From an uncultured delta proteobacterium (lineage in GTDB: Bacteria; Myxococcota_A; Polyangia; Haliangiales; Haliangiaceae), in NCBI GenBank assembly GCA_963848295.1, contig CAWKDB010000010.1, forward strand, positions 3,296,001 through 3,360,000: a stretch of 64,000 nucleotides of DNA, written 5' to 3'. The notes below the pieces were generated by a model, which was not told where the DNA came from, searched no databases, and saw only the letters and a list, made by a program, of their open reading frames with translations. Within the stretch, counting starts at the first letter, position 1, and each line of letters begins with the position of its first letter. A program made the position numbers and the translations under genes. Below are positions 19,140-29,666 of this stretch, in pieces.

Positions 19140-20006
19140 TCAGTTCACGGCGCGCATCGCGGCATCCGACGCGGCGCTCGCGAGCTGGATCCGGACGCGC
19201 ACGGGGCGGTCGTCGTCGTCGAGATCGAGATAGATCGGAAACACGCCGTCGCCCCAGCTCGTGAAGAACAAGCAGACCTGCGCGCCGCCGACCTCGATCG
19301 TGCCGGCGCCGCTGCGACTCTGGCGCGCGGCGGCGAGCGCCGCGAAGTGGTGCGAGTGCGGCCGGAAGTCGGTTGCGAGCAGCCAATGATGCTCCGACTT
19401 GAGCCGCGCGGCGCGGTCGGCTTTCGCCTCGGCGTCGGCGACGGTCAGGTCGGTCCAGCCGTAGCCCTCCGACATCGCCGGCGCTGCCATCGCCTTCGCG
19501 AGCTCGCCGGCGTCGCGGCCCCAGAACACGAAGTCGGCCAGGCCGTCGAGACTGTCTTCGTGATGCCAGTGGTCGAGCGCCTCGCGATCCATGCACACGA
19601 GCCGCGCGAAATCGACGCCGGCCTCGCCGAGCTTGCGGGTCGACGCAATCTCGCCGCGCCCGAGCTCGACCGCGACGTGATCCCAGCAATCGGCGAACCG
19701 GCCCTTGCCGACCCTGACGCCGACGACCTCGAGCACTCGGTCGCGCGGCGCATCTACCAGCACCAAGGCCGGCTCGAGCGCTGCCATCGGCAGGTGTCCG
19801 ACCAGGCCGACGTCGAATACGGCGAGCCTCCCGGACGGTACGGTCACGCTGCCGATCGTCTCTTTCGTGCCCGTGCTCGTGCTCGCCTTCGTCTTCTTCT
19901 TCGGCGGCTTCTTCGCGCCCTTCCCCCGAAATGCCAAACGCGGCGCCTTGCGGGCACCGCGTTTCGTCGGCTTGGACTTCTTGGGTTTCGTCTTCGTCTT
20001 CGCCAT
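19140..20006 (-). CDS. DUF4241-like protein with Lys-rich N-terminus
   Basis: PSGRLAVFD and C-terminal TSWGDGVFPIY motifs. Confidence 0.6.
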   Translation of the reverse strand: MAKTKTKPKKSKPTKRGARKAPRLAFRGKGAKKPPKKKTKASTSTGTKETIGSVTVPSGRLAVFDVGLVGHLPMAALEPALVLVDAPRDRVLEVVGVRVGKGRFADCWDHVAVELGRGEIASTRKLGEAGVDFARLVCMDREALDHWHHEDSLDGLADFVFWGRDAGELAKAMAAPAMSEGYGWTDLTVADAEAKADRAARLKSEHHWLLATDFRPHSHHFAALAAARQSRSGAGTIEVGGAQVCLFFTSWGDGVFPIYLDLDDDDRPVRVRIQLASAASDAAMRAVN

Positions 20007-20015
20007 CCCGGCAGT

Positions 20016-21650
20016 CTACTGCAGGGTGCCGCTCATCATCACGTAGCCCTCGTCGCCATCGATCGTCAGGTTCGACATCTGGACGCCCATCAGAGCCGGG
20101 ATCGGGATGCCACCGAGCAGCACGCTGATCTGCTTGATCTGAGCGTCGAGCACCAGCGCGGTCGCGCTAGACAGGTCGTCGTTCGACAGGCGCGTGTCGT
20201 TCGCGTAGTTGTCGGTCACGACATCGACCGCGATCGTCGGGGTGCCGAGCTGCAGCGCGACGCCTTGGCCGTTCGGGGTCGGAACGACGGTGAGCTCGAT
20301 CGAGGCGTTGATGGCAGCCTGGCCGACCGGGGTACCCTGCTCGGTCAGCGTCGCCATCATGTCGGGGATGACGAGGCGGAGCTTACCGTTCGACGGGTCG
20401 GCGCTGATCATCGGGGGCGAGGTCAGCGAGATGTTCGTGGTGTCGAAGGTGCCGCCGGTGATCGGCATCTTGAGGTTGAGCAGGCCCGTCGCCGCGACCT
20501 CCGCGAGCAGCTCGTTCGCGAGGTCGCTCGCGATGCCGAGCTGCATGCCGCCGTTCGCGTCGAGCGTCGGCGTGCCGTTGCCGATCGAGACGAAGTTACC
20601 GGTCTTCTCGGTGCCTTCGATCAGCATCATCGTGTTGAGCGTGATGTCCGCTTCGGTCGCGGTGAAGTTGACCGCCGAGGTCGAGACCTGGACGTCGATG
20701 GTCTGGCCGAGCAGGCTGAGCTTCTGCGGACCGCCGAGCGCGCCGAACACCTTGTTGACCATGCCGGGCATGAAGCTCTCGGCGCCCTTCTCGGCGGCCG
20801 AGGCGATCAGGCTGTTCATGTCGATCAGGTCGAGGATCGCGCCGGGTAGGCCGCTCGCCTGGACGTCGAGGCCTTGGATATCGACGTTCGGGTTCTGGAT
20901 CGTGCTGGTGAAGCCCATCATGCCGTTCGCGGTGACCGCGAGCGTGCCGGTGACCGTCACCGAGCTCGCGGTGATCTCGAACGTGTCGCTGCCGTCGATG
21001 CAGGCGACGTCGAACGTCGCATGCGCGTGGGTGTCGAGACCGTCGATCTCGATCGAGAACTGCATGCCGCCGACGACCGGGACGAGCGAAATGTGCGCGT
21101 CGGTCATCGTCAGCGAGTCGACGTACGCCTTCGCACCGAGGCAGCTGCCGCCGGTGTTGAGCATCGGTTGATACGGCGCGAGCAGGGTCGAGAAGTCCTC
21201 GGCCTTGATCAGCGTCTCTGCGGCGGTGCTGATCTTCGCGAACGCCTGGGTCGAGATTGCGGTGGTGATCGCATTCGGGACCATCGAGCCCGCGGTCATC
21301 GTCTTGCCGGCTTCGACCGAGCGAGTGTCGTCGGCCTTGCCGCCGGCCTTGTCGGTCGCTTCGGTGTGGATGAGCGTCGCGCCCGCTTCGACCATCACCG
21401 TCGCGGTGAACGAGCCGTCGGCGGCAACCGTGGCGGCGACGTCGTTGACCATGACGCCGGTGATCGGCGTGCCTTCGGGGTTCGGCGCGACCGTCCCGGT
21501 GACCGTCACGTTACCGGGCGCGCCCTGGATCAGGCTGCGCGCGGGCGACGTAACGGTCAACACCGGCGGGTCCGGCAGCTGGGCCGGGGCGCTGGTGCAG
21601 GCCGAAGCGGCGAGGAGCGAGATGCCGGAGGTGATGAAGAGGTTGCGCAT
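20016..21650 (-). CDS. Large secreted lipoprotein: Ig-like N-terminal domain plus long beta-rich region
   Basis: Lipobox ASAC; PPVLTVTSP...DGSFTATV Ig-like segment. Confidence 0.7.
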   Translation of the reverse strand: MRNLFITSGISLLAASACTSAPAQLPDPPVLTVTSPARSLIQGAPGNVTVTGTVAPNPEGTPITGVMVNDVAATVAADGSFTATVMVEAGATLIHTEATDKAGGKADDTRSVEAGKTMTAGSMVPNAITTAISTQAFAKISTAAETLIKAEDFSTLLAPYQPMLNTGGSCLGAKAYVDSLTMTDAHISLVPVVGGMQFSIEIDGLDTHAHATFDVACIDGSDTFEITASSVTVTGTLAVTANGMMGFTSTIQNPNVDIQGLDVQASGLPGAILDLIDMNSLIASAAEKGAESFMPGMVNKVFGALGGPQKLSLLGQTIDVQVSTSAVNFTATEADITLNTMMLIEGTEKTGNFVSIGNGTPTLDANGGMQLGIASDLANELLAEVAATGLLNLKMPITGGTFDTTNISLTSPPMISADPSNGKLRLVIPDMMATLTEQGTPVGQAAINASIELTVVPTPNGQGVALQLGTPTIAVDVVTDNYANDTRLSNDDLSSATALVLDAQIKQISVLLGGIPIPALMGVQMSNLTIDGDEGYVMMSGTLQ

Positions 21651-21901
21651 GGCTGACTTCCCTTTCAGCAAGCGCGGGGCCAGATCCGGGATCCATGTCG
21701 GCATCGGACTTACCCCTGCGAACCGCAACAGATCGAATCGGTTAGCCGACGACAGACGGCAACGCGTCGCGTCGAAGTCGGCGGGGTGCCTACTGGATCT
21801 TCCGGTTGGCCGGGGTCACCGGCGACCTCCCGTGGCTGATCGACTAGCCACAGCACCTTCGAATTCCGGATCCGCTTCCCCCTTCACGATCCTGATCCCC
21901 C

Positions 21902-22258
21902 TCACCCCATCGTGACCTTCCCGACGCCGCGGTCGGTCAACAGCGCCGCCACGCGCTGGCGCAGGTCGCCCTGCAAAACGATCGATTCTCCGTCGACGGC
22001 GCCCCCGCAGCCGAGCGCCTGTTTGAGATCCTTGCACCAGGTCGCGAGCTCGCCCGGAGCGATCCCGAGCTTATCCACGATCGTCACTTCTTTGCCGCGG
22101 CGCTGTTTGCGCTCGAGCCGAACGACCGCCCGCGCCGGCGGCTTGGTCGCGGCGATCGTCGTCGGAGAAGGCGCGATCGTCGTCGGAGAAGGGCCAGCCG
22201 GCAGCTGCGCGCGCAGCGCATCGAGGGCGGCGAACGGGTTGTCGGTCTTCTTCGCCAT
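21902..22258 (-). CDS. yciH: SUI1/YciH translation initiation factor
   Basis: RRGKEVT, LKQALGCGGAV, IVLQGD. Contains an internal 21-bp duplication (PSPTTIA x2). Confidence 0.88.
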   Translation of the reverse strand: MAKKTDNPFAALDALRAQLPAGPSPTTIAPSPTTIAATKPPARAVVRLERKQRRGKEVTIVDKLGIAPGELATWCKDLKQALGCGGAVDGESIVLQGDLRQRVAALLTDRGVGKVTMG

Positions 22259-22356
22259 TGTGCGCACTGTCGTACATCGTCGTCGAAAAACCACAGCTGG
22301 AATCGTCGTTTCTTGGCTTTACGAATCCGCGTTTAGGATCCGAGAATGTAATTACG

Positions 22357-24555
22357 ATGGGCACTTCCTCTGGCAGAGATCCTGTGGTGAAGACCGGCGA
22401 CGTCATCGAAGGGCGCTACCGGATCATTCGAACTCTAGGTGAGGGTGGGATGGGGACGGTGTTCCTCGCAGAACACGCGCTGATCAAACGGCGCGTCGCC
22501 ATCAAGATTCTGCATCCCGAGTTAGCGACGGACGCGAACGTTATCGAGCGCTTCATGAACGAAGCGCGCGCGGCCGGCACCCTCGGTCACCCGAACATCG
22601 TCGAGTCGACGGACATGGGGTTCACGCCGAACCATGTGCCCTACATCGTGTTCGAGTACCTCGAGGGCACGCTGCTCACCGACGAGATCTATCGCGTCGG
22701 CGGGTTACCGGTTCGCCGCGCGATTCGCGTGGCGTCGCAGATCGCGTCGGCGCTGCAAGCGGCGCATAACGCCGGCATCGTCCACCGCGACCTCAAGAGC
22801 GACAACGTCTTCCTGACCGACAAGGACGACGCGCTCGATCACGTCAAGGTGTTGGACTTCGGCGTGTCGCGGTTCATGGAGACCGACGACGCGCAGCGCA
22901 ACATGGTGATCGGCACGCCGGAGTTCATGGCGCCCGAGCAGATCACCGACCCCGGCTCGGTCGATCGCCGCGCCGACATCTACGCCCTCGGCGTGATCCT
23001 CTACGAGATGCTGACCGCGCGCCGGCCGTTCTCGCAAGAGGACGATCCACGCCAGCTCATGCACCGGATCGTTCACGAGGTGCCGCCGCCGCTGCAGCGC
23101 CCGGAGGTTCCGGTCAAGCTGCAGGAAATCATCCTGACGAAGCTGCTCGCGAAGGATCCGGCGCACCGGCTGCCGACGATGAACGACGTCGAAGCGGCGC
23201 TCGAGACGTTCTTGACCCGCAGCGATGGCAGCTCGGCTCGCCGCCGCGGCCAGGCGACCGACGCGCCCGATGCACGGACGTCGGGCACGATCCCTCCGCC
23301 GTCGAAGATGCTCAACACGCCGTGGCCGCCGGGCAAGGTCGACACACTCGATCAGACCGGCGCCTCGATGCTGAACAGCGTCGCGTTGCCGACAGCGCCA
23401 TCGGCGCGCAAGCCGATCGCGCTGTACGCGATCGCGGCGATCGGCGTGATCGTCGGCGGTCTCGGCCTCGCGATGGGGCTGCGCGGAGGCAACAACACCG
23501 AGACGAAGACCGCAGAGAACACGCAGACGGCGACGACCCAGCAGCCGCAGCCCGGCGCTGCGATCCCGCAACGGTCGTCGGAGGTCCAGAAGGTCGAAGT
23601 CCAGATCGATGCCGATGCGCCGAACTCGCGCGTCGTGTTTCGTCGGCGCGTTGCCGCGGCTCCCGCGACGCAGCTGGTGTCGCCGAGCGATATCGTGGAG
23701 CTCGTCGAGGTGTCGGCGCCCGGCTACAAGACCGCGCGCTACTGGCTGACGTTCGATCGCCCGACCCATCTCAAAGCCCACTTGACGAAAGGCAATGGCT
23801 CGTCGGAAGCGACCGAGGAAGACACGCTTGCCGCACTCGGCGAGGTCAGCGGCAACACGCCGCCGGTGATCCCGTCGATCATCGACGCGCTGCCGCAGGT
23901 GCCGGCTGCCGCGGCTGCGGCGATCAAGGCCGAGCCCAAGAAGGGCGAGCTGGTCGCGACCGCGACCCAGGCTTCGCCACGCACGGTGGAAGCGCGTACC
24001 ACGCTCGCGCCGACGATGGCGCCCCGCAAGATCGGCCGCGGTGGCGCGGAAGTGCCGCCGGCTGACAATCTGGTCGCGACGATGTCGGTGCCCGATGCGC
24101 CTGCGATGAAGGCGCGCGCGATCGAGCGGCCCGAGCCCGAGACGGCGAAGGCCGAGGCCACTTCGGCCAAGGAAGAGACGAGGGCCGAGCCGGCGAAGAT
24201 CGAGGCGATGCAGCCGAAGGCCGAACCGGCGACGATGCCGGTGGAGCAGCCGAAGCCGCAGACGGTGCAGCCGACGATCGACTACGGTACGGTGACCGCG
24301 GTGGTGGGTCAGCATCGCCCCGAGGTGCTGAAGTGCTTCGCCGACGGCAAGAAGAAGAACCCGGCGATGAAGGGCACGCTCAACCTGCAGTTGCAGGTCG
24401 ATGGGAGCGGCAGGGTCCACCGGGTTCAAGTTCAGTCGACGCTCGGCGCACCGCTGGTCGCCGCGTGCGTCGTGAAGTCGGCGAATGCGTGGCACTTCCC
24501 GGGCCGCGCGGGCGGCGATTTCGCGAGCGTCAACTACCCGTTCACGATCAACTGA
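22357..24555 (+). CDS. Membrane Ser/Thr kinase with C-terminal AgmX/PglI (TonB-C-like) domain
   Basis: GEGGMGTV, HRDLKSDN, DFG, GTPEFMAPE; a TM segment; C-terminal KCF...G.V...CV...W.FP...YPF. Confidence 0.9.
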   Translation: MGTSSGRDPVVKTGDVIEGRYRIIRTLGEGGMGTVFLAEHALIKRRVAIKILHPELATDANVIERFMNEARAAGTLGHPNIVESTDMGFTPNHVPYIVFEYLEGTLLTDEIYRVGGLPVRRAIRVASQIASALQAAHNAGIVHRDLKSDNVFLTDKDDALDHVKVLDFGVSRFMETDDAQRNMVIGTPEFMAPEQITDPGSVDRRADIYALGVILYEMLTARRPFSQEDDPRQLMHRIVHEVPPPLQRPEVPVKLQEIILTKLLAKDPAHRLPTMNDVEAALETFLTRSDGSSARRRGQATDAPDARTSGTIPPPSKMLNTPWPPGKVDTLDQTGASMLNSVALPTAPSARKPIALYAIAAIGVIVGGLGLAMGLRGGNNTETKTAENTQTATTQQPQPGAAIPQRSSEVQKVEVQIDADAPNSRVVFRRRVAAAPATQLVSPSDIVELVEVSAPGYKTARYWLTFDRPTHLKAHLTKGNGSSEATEEDTLAALGEVSGNTPPVIPSIIDALPQVPAAAAAAIKAEPKKGELVATATQASPRTVEARTTLAPTMAPRKIGRGGAEVPPADNLVATMSVPDAPAMKARAIERPEPETAKAEATSAKEETRAEPAKIEAMQPKAEPATMPVEQPKPQTVQPTIDYGTVTAVVGQHRPEVLKCFADGKKKNPAMKGTLNLQLQVDGSGRVHRVQVQSTLGAPLVAACVVKSANAWHFPGRAGGDFASVNYPFTIN

Positions 24556-24599
24556 CCCGCTGCGCCTCGCCGCCTCCGCGGGCACCGCCTCGCCTCCTT

Positions 24600-24840
24600 G
24601 ATGAGATCGAGATCGCGGGGGCTTCGCGCGGCTGCCTTGCGAGGGCGCCCGGACCCGCTCGGGCGACGGCGCAGACGCTGGCGGTTCCGGCGTCTCCGCG
24701 GAGCGACGCCGCTACGCGGCGATCGCGCTGGCGCGCGAGTTGGAGTGTTGACCGCGTGGCCGCGCGTCTCATCGCGCGCCTGCCCTCGCTCCCCGGGCAT
24801 CCCTCGCGGCGACGCCGCGCTCAGCGACGAGATCGCGAAC
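24600..24840 (+). repeat. Long structured repeat, copy C
   Basis: Collinear with 4410-4650. Lies just downstream of the kinase stop codon. Confidence 0.9.
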
Positions 24841-24893
24841 AGAAGGAGAACCTAAAACGACGGGACTCGAAGTGATCACGAGCCGTCACGACC

Positions 24894-25200
24894 TCACTTT
24901 GTCTCCGCGCAGTCCGCGGCAGTTCCACTCGCCGTTTGCTGGGCCGCGCACGCGTCGCTACTCGCGGCGCAGTGATCGCCAGCGCACCATGCGGTCTCGG
25001 TCAGCGCGCACGCATCGAGATCGGGAACGGTGCCGAGCGAAACGCCGCGCGCCGCTTCGCAGGCGGCCTTCTCACGAACGCAGAAACTTGCAGTGGCAAC
25101 GGTCGCCGAATGGGCGCAGAAAAAACCGCGGGGCACGGGTGCCCTCGGAACATCGAGATCTGGCCCGCGAGGGCTCGAAGCGATCGCGCCTTCGCGCAGG
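24894..25200 (-). pseudogene. Cys-rich protein C-terminal fragment between repeats C and D
   Basis: Protein-like segment RGFFCAHS...FCVREKAACEAAR...CALTETAWC with 8 Cys. No credible start or signal peptide; the upstream frame runs into repeat DNA. Confidence 0.45.
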
Positions 25201-25289
25201 TCGTAGGCCGCCGGAGCGGTGTTTAAGGGGACCCCGAGCGCTAGCCGAGCCGCGCGTCCCCATTCCGCGTGACCCGGAGCGCTAGCCCA

Positions 25290-25372
25290 GCCGCGCGTCT
25301 CCATCTCGCACGACCAAGAGCGCGAGGTGGGCGCCGGGCCCATTGCAAGTTGGCGAGCCGGGGCTCGGCTAG
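25290..25372 (-). repeat. Long structured repeat, partial copy D (inverted relative to C)
   Basis: GGTGGGCGCCGGGCCCATTGCAAG at 25326 resembles 5726-5749 in copy B. Ends in CTAG. Confidence 0.7.
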
Positions 25373-25389
25373 GTGGTAATGTCCGCGCC

Positions 25390-27660
25390 GTGAAGATCGT
25401 CCGCAGACTCGCAGCTTTCGTCGCGTGGGGAGCGTACGGAGTCTGCGGACTGTGCGGAGCATGCGGAGACAACCTGCAGGCGACACTCCCCGAAGTAACC
25501 GATGCGGTCGCTTATGTCGATCCGACGATCGGCACCGGCGGTCTGGGCTACGCGTATGGCAGCTGCTTCGTCGGCGCGGCGGCGCCGCACGGGCTCGCGA
25601 AGCCGGCGCCCGATACCGACGGCGAGTTCGGCACGGTCGCGTTCCAGCACTTCTCCGGCTACTACGCGGACGACAACAAGATCCAGGGCTTTTCTTCGCT
25701 GCACTTGCACGGCACTGGCGCGACCGACTACGGCGTGTTGTCGGTGATGCCGACGCTCGCGTTCGATCCGTCGAAGACGACCGTCGTCGCCTACGAGATG
25801 CCGTTCGACAAGTCGGACGAGCATGCGACCGCGGGCCACTACAGCGTGACGCTCGCCGACGGCATCGAGGTCGAGCTCACGGCCACGCAGCGCGTCGCGG
25901 TCGAGCGGTTCACGCTGCCGAGCGCGGGCTCGCTCGTGCTCGATCTATCGAAGGTGCTCGACGGTGGCACGGTCGACGCCGCACAGCTCGCGATCGACGA
26001 CGGTGCGCACGAGATCACCGGCTCGTTGCATCACCTCGGTGGCATGTCGTCGGGCTACGGCGGCTACACCGTGTACTTCGTCGCGCGCGCCGCGCAGCCG
26101 TGGACCGCGCACTACGCCTGGGCGAAAGGCTCGCCCGCCGATGCGAACGCGACGAGCGAGCACGGCACCGCGGTCGGTGCCGCGATCGGGCTGCCGGCCG
26201 GCGAGTTCCAGCTCGCGATCGGGTTGTCGCTCGTGTCGGCCGAAGGAGCGCGCCAAAACCTCGACAGCGAGGTGCCGACGATCGACTTCGATGCCGTCGC
26301 CGCCGAGACGCGCGCCGCGTGGAGCGCGAAGCTCGATCGCGTCGAGCTCACCGGCGGTACGCTCGCCCAGCGCCGCGTGTTCTACACGAGCCTGTATCAC
26401 GCGTTCTTGATGCCGAGCGTGATCGGCGATGTCGACGGCACCTATCAGCTCGTCGGCCAACCGGAGCAGTTCGCGAGCGGCTGGCACCAGATGTCTGATC
26501 TCTCGCTGTGGGACACGTACCGCACGGTCGCGCCGCTCTACGCGTGGCTCGCGCCCGAGTCGGCTCGAGACGAGGCGCGGTCGCTCGTCGGGTTTGGCGA
26601 GGGGCTCGGGGCGTATCCGAAATGGCCGCTCGCGATCGGAGAGACCGGCACGATGCTGGGTGCGTCGGCCGAGATCATCCTCGCCGACGCCACCGCGCGC
26701 GGAGTACCCGGTGCCGGCGGCGACCTCGCGTACGCGCAGCTGCGCGCCGCTGCCATGGATCCGGATGCGCCGGCCGCGAGTCGCGGTGGTCGGGGCGACG
26801 TCGTGCCGTACATGAAGTACGGCTACGTGCCGCGCTCGATCGCCAGCTCGGTCAGCGAGACCACCGAGTATGCTCACGACGACTTCGCGCTCGCTCAGCT
26901 CGCGGGCGCGCTCGGCAACACTGCAGATCACGATGCGTTGCTCGCCCGCAGTCTCGGCTGGCGTTTGCTCTACGATCCGTCGGTCGGTTATCTCCGCGGG
27001 CGCAACGAGGACGGCACGTTCCCGACCGATCCGTTCGATCCCGGCGCGTCGAGCGATGACTATCGCGAAGCGAACGCGCGGCAATCGCTGTGGATGACCG
27101 GCCTGCACGATCCGGACGGCCTCGCGCAGCTGCTCGGCGGCACCGACGCGGCGGTGGCGACGCTGTCCGACCTGTTCGAGCAGACGAAGGTCGATGCCGA
27201 GACCTCGGATCCGTCGGCGGCCAACTTTCCGCGACCGTACTACTGGGCCGGCAACGAGCCCGATCTCAACGCCGCGTTCCTGTTCGCGCAGTGGGGGCGG
27301 CCCGATCTGACGGCGCAATGGACGCGGTGGGTGCTCGACACGGTCTACACCGACCAACCCGACGGCGTGCCCGGCAACGACGACGGCGGCACGATGGGCG
27401 CGTGGTACGTGCTCGCGTCGATCGGGATCTACCCGGTCGCCGGCACCGATACGTGGGTGATCGGTACGCCGCGGTTCCCGCGCGTGCGGATCGACGTCGG
27501 CGGACACGAGCTCGTGATCGAAGCCGATGGCGTCGGCGATGCGCCGGCCTACGTCCACGACATCGAGATCGACGGCGTGGCTGTCGCCGGCCCGTACCTC
27601 ACGCAGGCGCAGCTCGCCGGCGCGTCGCGCATCTCGTTCCTGATGACGCAGCAGCCATAA
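25390..27660 (+). CDS. GH92 alpha-1,2-mannosidase-like lipoprotein
   Basis: YVDPTIGT, SLWDTYR, YREAN, GNEP, GNDDGGTMGAWY. Confidence 0.92.
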   Translation: MKIVRRLAAFVAWGAYGVCGLCGACGDNLQATLPEVTDAVAYVDPTIGTGGLGYAYGSCFVGAAAPHGLAKPAPDTDGEFGTVAFQHFSGYYADDNKIQGFSSLHLHGTGATDYGVLSVMPTLAFDPSKTTVVAYEMPFDKSDEHATAGHYSVTLADGIEVELTATQRVAVERFTLPSAGSLVLDLSKVLDGGTVDAAQLAIDDGAHEITGSLHHLGGMSSGYGGYTVYFVARAAQPWTAHYAWAKGSPADANATSEHGTAVGAAIGLPAGEFQLAIGLSLVSAEGARQNLDSEVPTIDFDAVAAETRAAWSAKLDRVELTGGTLAQRRVFYTSLYHAFLMPSVIGDVDGTYQLVGQPEQFASGWHQMSDLSLWDTYRTVAPLYAWLAPESARDEARSLVGFGEGLGAYPKWPLAIGETGTMLGASAEIILADATARGVPGAGGDLAYAQLRAAAMDPDAPAASRGGRGDVVPYMKYGYVPRSIASSVSETTEYAHDDFALAQLAGALGNTADHDALLARSLGWRLLYDPSVGYLRGRNEDGTFPTDPFDPGASSDDYREANARQSLWMTGLHDPDGLAQLLGGTDAAVATLSDLFEQTKVDAETSDPSAANFPRPYYWAGNEPDLNAAFLFAQWGRPDLTAQWTRWVLDTVYTDQPDGVPGNDDGGTMGAWYVLASIGIYPVAGTDTWVIGTPRFPRVRIDVGGHELVIEADGVGDAPAYVHDIEIDGVAVAGPYLTQAQLAGASRISFLMTQQP

Positions 27661-27711
27661 CACCGTCGCTCGCCTTCCATGCCGTGCGGGCTCCGGCATA
27701 CCTTTGCGGTC

Positions 27712-28590
27712 ATGAAGTCTTCGATCGTTCTGGCGCTGTGCGCCGCGTGCTCGAGCTCGCCGGCGCACCCCGAGACCACCGCGACGGCGCCCGCGTTCAC
27801 GCCGACGGCGTTCGCGGTCAAGGTCGCAGGCACCGGTCGCCCGGTGATCCTGATCCCGGGCCTCGCGTGCGGTGGCGACGTGTGGGACGGCACGGTCGCG
27901 CATCTCGGCGGCAAGGTTCAGACCCACGTCGTGACGCTCGCCGGCTTCGCGGGCCAGCCGGCGATTCCGCCGCCGTTCTTGTCCACCGTGCACGATCAGC
28001 TCGTCGAGTACATCAAGGCGAACAAGCTCGTCCATCCGATCGTGATCGGCCACAGCCTCGGTGGCGTGATGGCGCTGTGGCTCGCCGAAACCGATCCGGA
28101 TGTCGCCGCGGTGATCGACGTCGATGGCCTGCCGTTCCTCGCGGCCACGGCCGACGAGGCGGTGACGGTCGACAAGGCGAAGGCCGGCGCGACGCAGATG
28201 CAGCAGCAGATCACAGCGATGCCTGCCGGCGCGCTACCGAAGATGATGCGGCAGTTCATGACCAGTATGATCACGAAGCCGGCTGACCTCGATCGCGTGA
28301 TGGTGGACGTCGAGAAATCGGATCCGACGACGATCGGCCAGGCGTTCTACGATCTGTTCACGCTCGACCTGCGACCGCAGCTCGCGATGATCAAGGTGCC
28401 GTTGCTGATCGTCGCCGCCGGAGACAACGGCGAGCACTCCGACATGACGCCGGCACTCTGGCACAAGCAGATCGATGCGATCCCGCACGTCGACCTCCAG
28501 GTCGTCCCGGGTGCGAAACACTTCGTGATGCTCGACGCGCCGGACGCGTTCTACGCGCTGGTCGACGGGTTCCTCGCGAAGGCCCCGTAG
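27712..28590 (+). CDS. Alpha/beta hydrolase lipoprotein
   Basis: LIPGL, GHSLGG, KHFVMLD. Confidence 0.9.
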   Translation: MKSSIVLALCAACSSSPAHPETTATAPAFTPTAFAVKVAGTGRPVILIPGLACGGDVWDGTVAHLGGKVQTHVVTLAGFAGQPAIPPPFLSTVHDQLVEYIKANKLVHPIVIGHSLGGVMALWLAETDPDVAAVIDVDGLPFLAATADEAVTVDKAKAGATQMQQQITAMPAGALPKMMRQFMTSMITKPADLDRVMVDVEKSDPTTIGQAFYDLFTLDLRPQLAMIKVPLLIVAAGDNGEHSDMTPALWHKQIDAIPHVDLQVVPGAKHFVMLDAPDAFYALVDGFLAKAP

Positions 28591-28648
28591 CTATCGGGCG
28601 TTCGCGATTGGTCGCCGGTGCGCGCCGGCTTGACCTACAATGGGCCGC

Positions 28649-29666
28649 ATGAGGGCCACGACGTGGGTAGTCGTCCTGATGGAAGAGCACGCATCCCGAA
28701 GTGTTCGGCACGCAGGATCTGTCGTTCGACGAGCTCGTCAGTCGCGATGTCGAGTTCGCGACCGCGATCAAGCGTGCCGCCGCGAATGCGATCGTGTTCG
28801 GGCCGGTCGTCGCCGGCGTCGACGGCATGACGTCGCTCGACGACTATACGAACCTCGCCGCGACGAACCCGTACGCGACGACGAACATCGATGCGATCTC
28901 GTATTATCTCGCGCACGTCGCGACCGCATCGAGTCAAGCCGGCCTGCGCTTGCTCGACGTGCTCGATCTCCACTACTACAACGACGCCAAAGACAAAGCG
29001 GGCACGGAGAAGACCGACGCGGAGTGCGCACAGGGACCGCGCGATTACTGGGACCCGACCTATTCCACGGTCGACACCTCGTTCGACGACTACATCACAG
29101 GCTGGAAGCCGCGCGTCCTGATCCCGCGGATGGAGGCATCGATCGCCGCGAACTACGCGGGCACCGACCTCGCGTTCACCGAATACAACAACGGCTGCGA
29201 GCAATCGATCGGCGGCGGCGTCGCCGAGGCCGATACGCTCGGTGTGTTCGGGCAATACGGCGTGTTCGCCGGGACCGCGTGGCCTCTGCACAGCGCCGCG
29301 CCCGGCGGTAACTGGCTGGTCGGCGCGTTCGACGCCTATCGCAACTACGACGGTCACGGCGCGAAGGTCGGCTCGCTCGCCGCCTCGTCGACCTCGAGCG
29401 ACGTCGCCAGCGTCGCGGTCTACGGGTTCGTCGCTCCGAACGGCGCGACCGGCGCCCAGGTCGTGGCGATCAACCGCACCGACGCCGCGGTCACCGTCGA
29501 GGTTCGCCTATCGAACGCGTGCACGCTGACGCTCGCGCAGCCCTACCAGCTGACCTCGGCGAGCGCGGCGCTCACATCGGTGGGGCCGCCGATCGCGATC
29601 ACCGGCAACGCGTTCGGCTACACGCTGCCGGCGATGAGCGTGACGACGTTCGCGCTCACGCCGTAG
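28649..29666 (+). pseudogene. GH44 endoglucanase pseudogene (internal deletion)
   Basis: GH44-type motifs LLDVLDLHYY, WDPTY, LIPR, TEYN, ADTLGVFG. The frame opens after a stop at WKSTHPEV, so the N-terminal half is absent. Confidence 0.7.

Noticed and set aside
20016..21650. BPI/LBP (TULIP) lipid-binding fold
   Set aside because: Suggested only by long beta strands and helices. It cannot be supported without a structure search.
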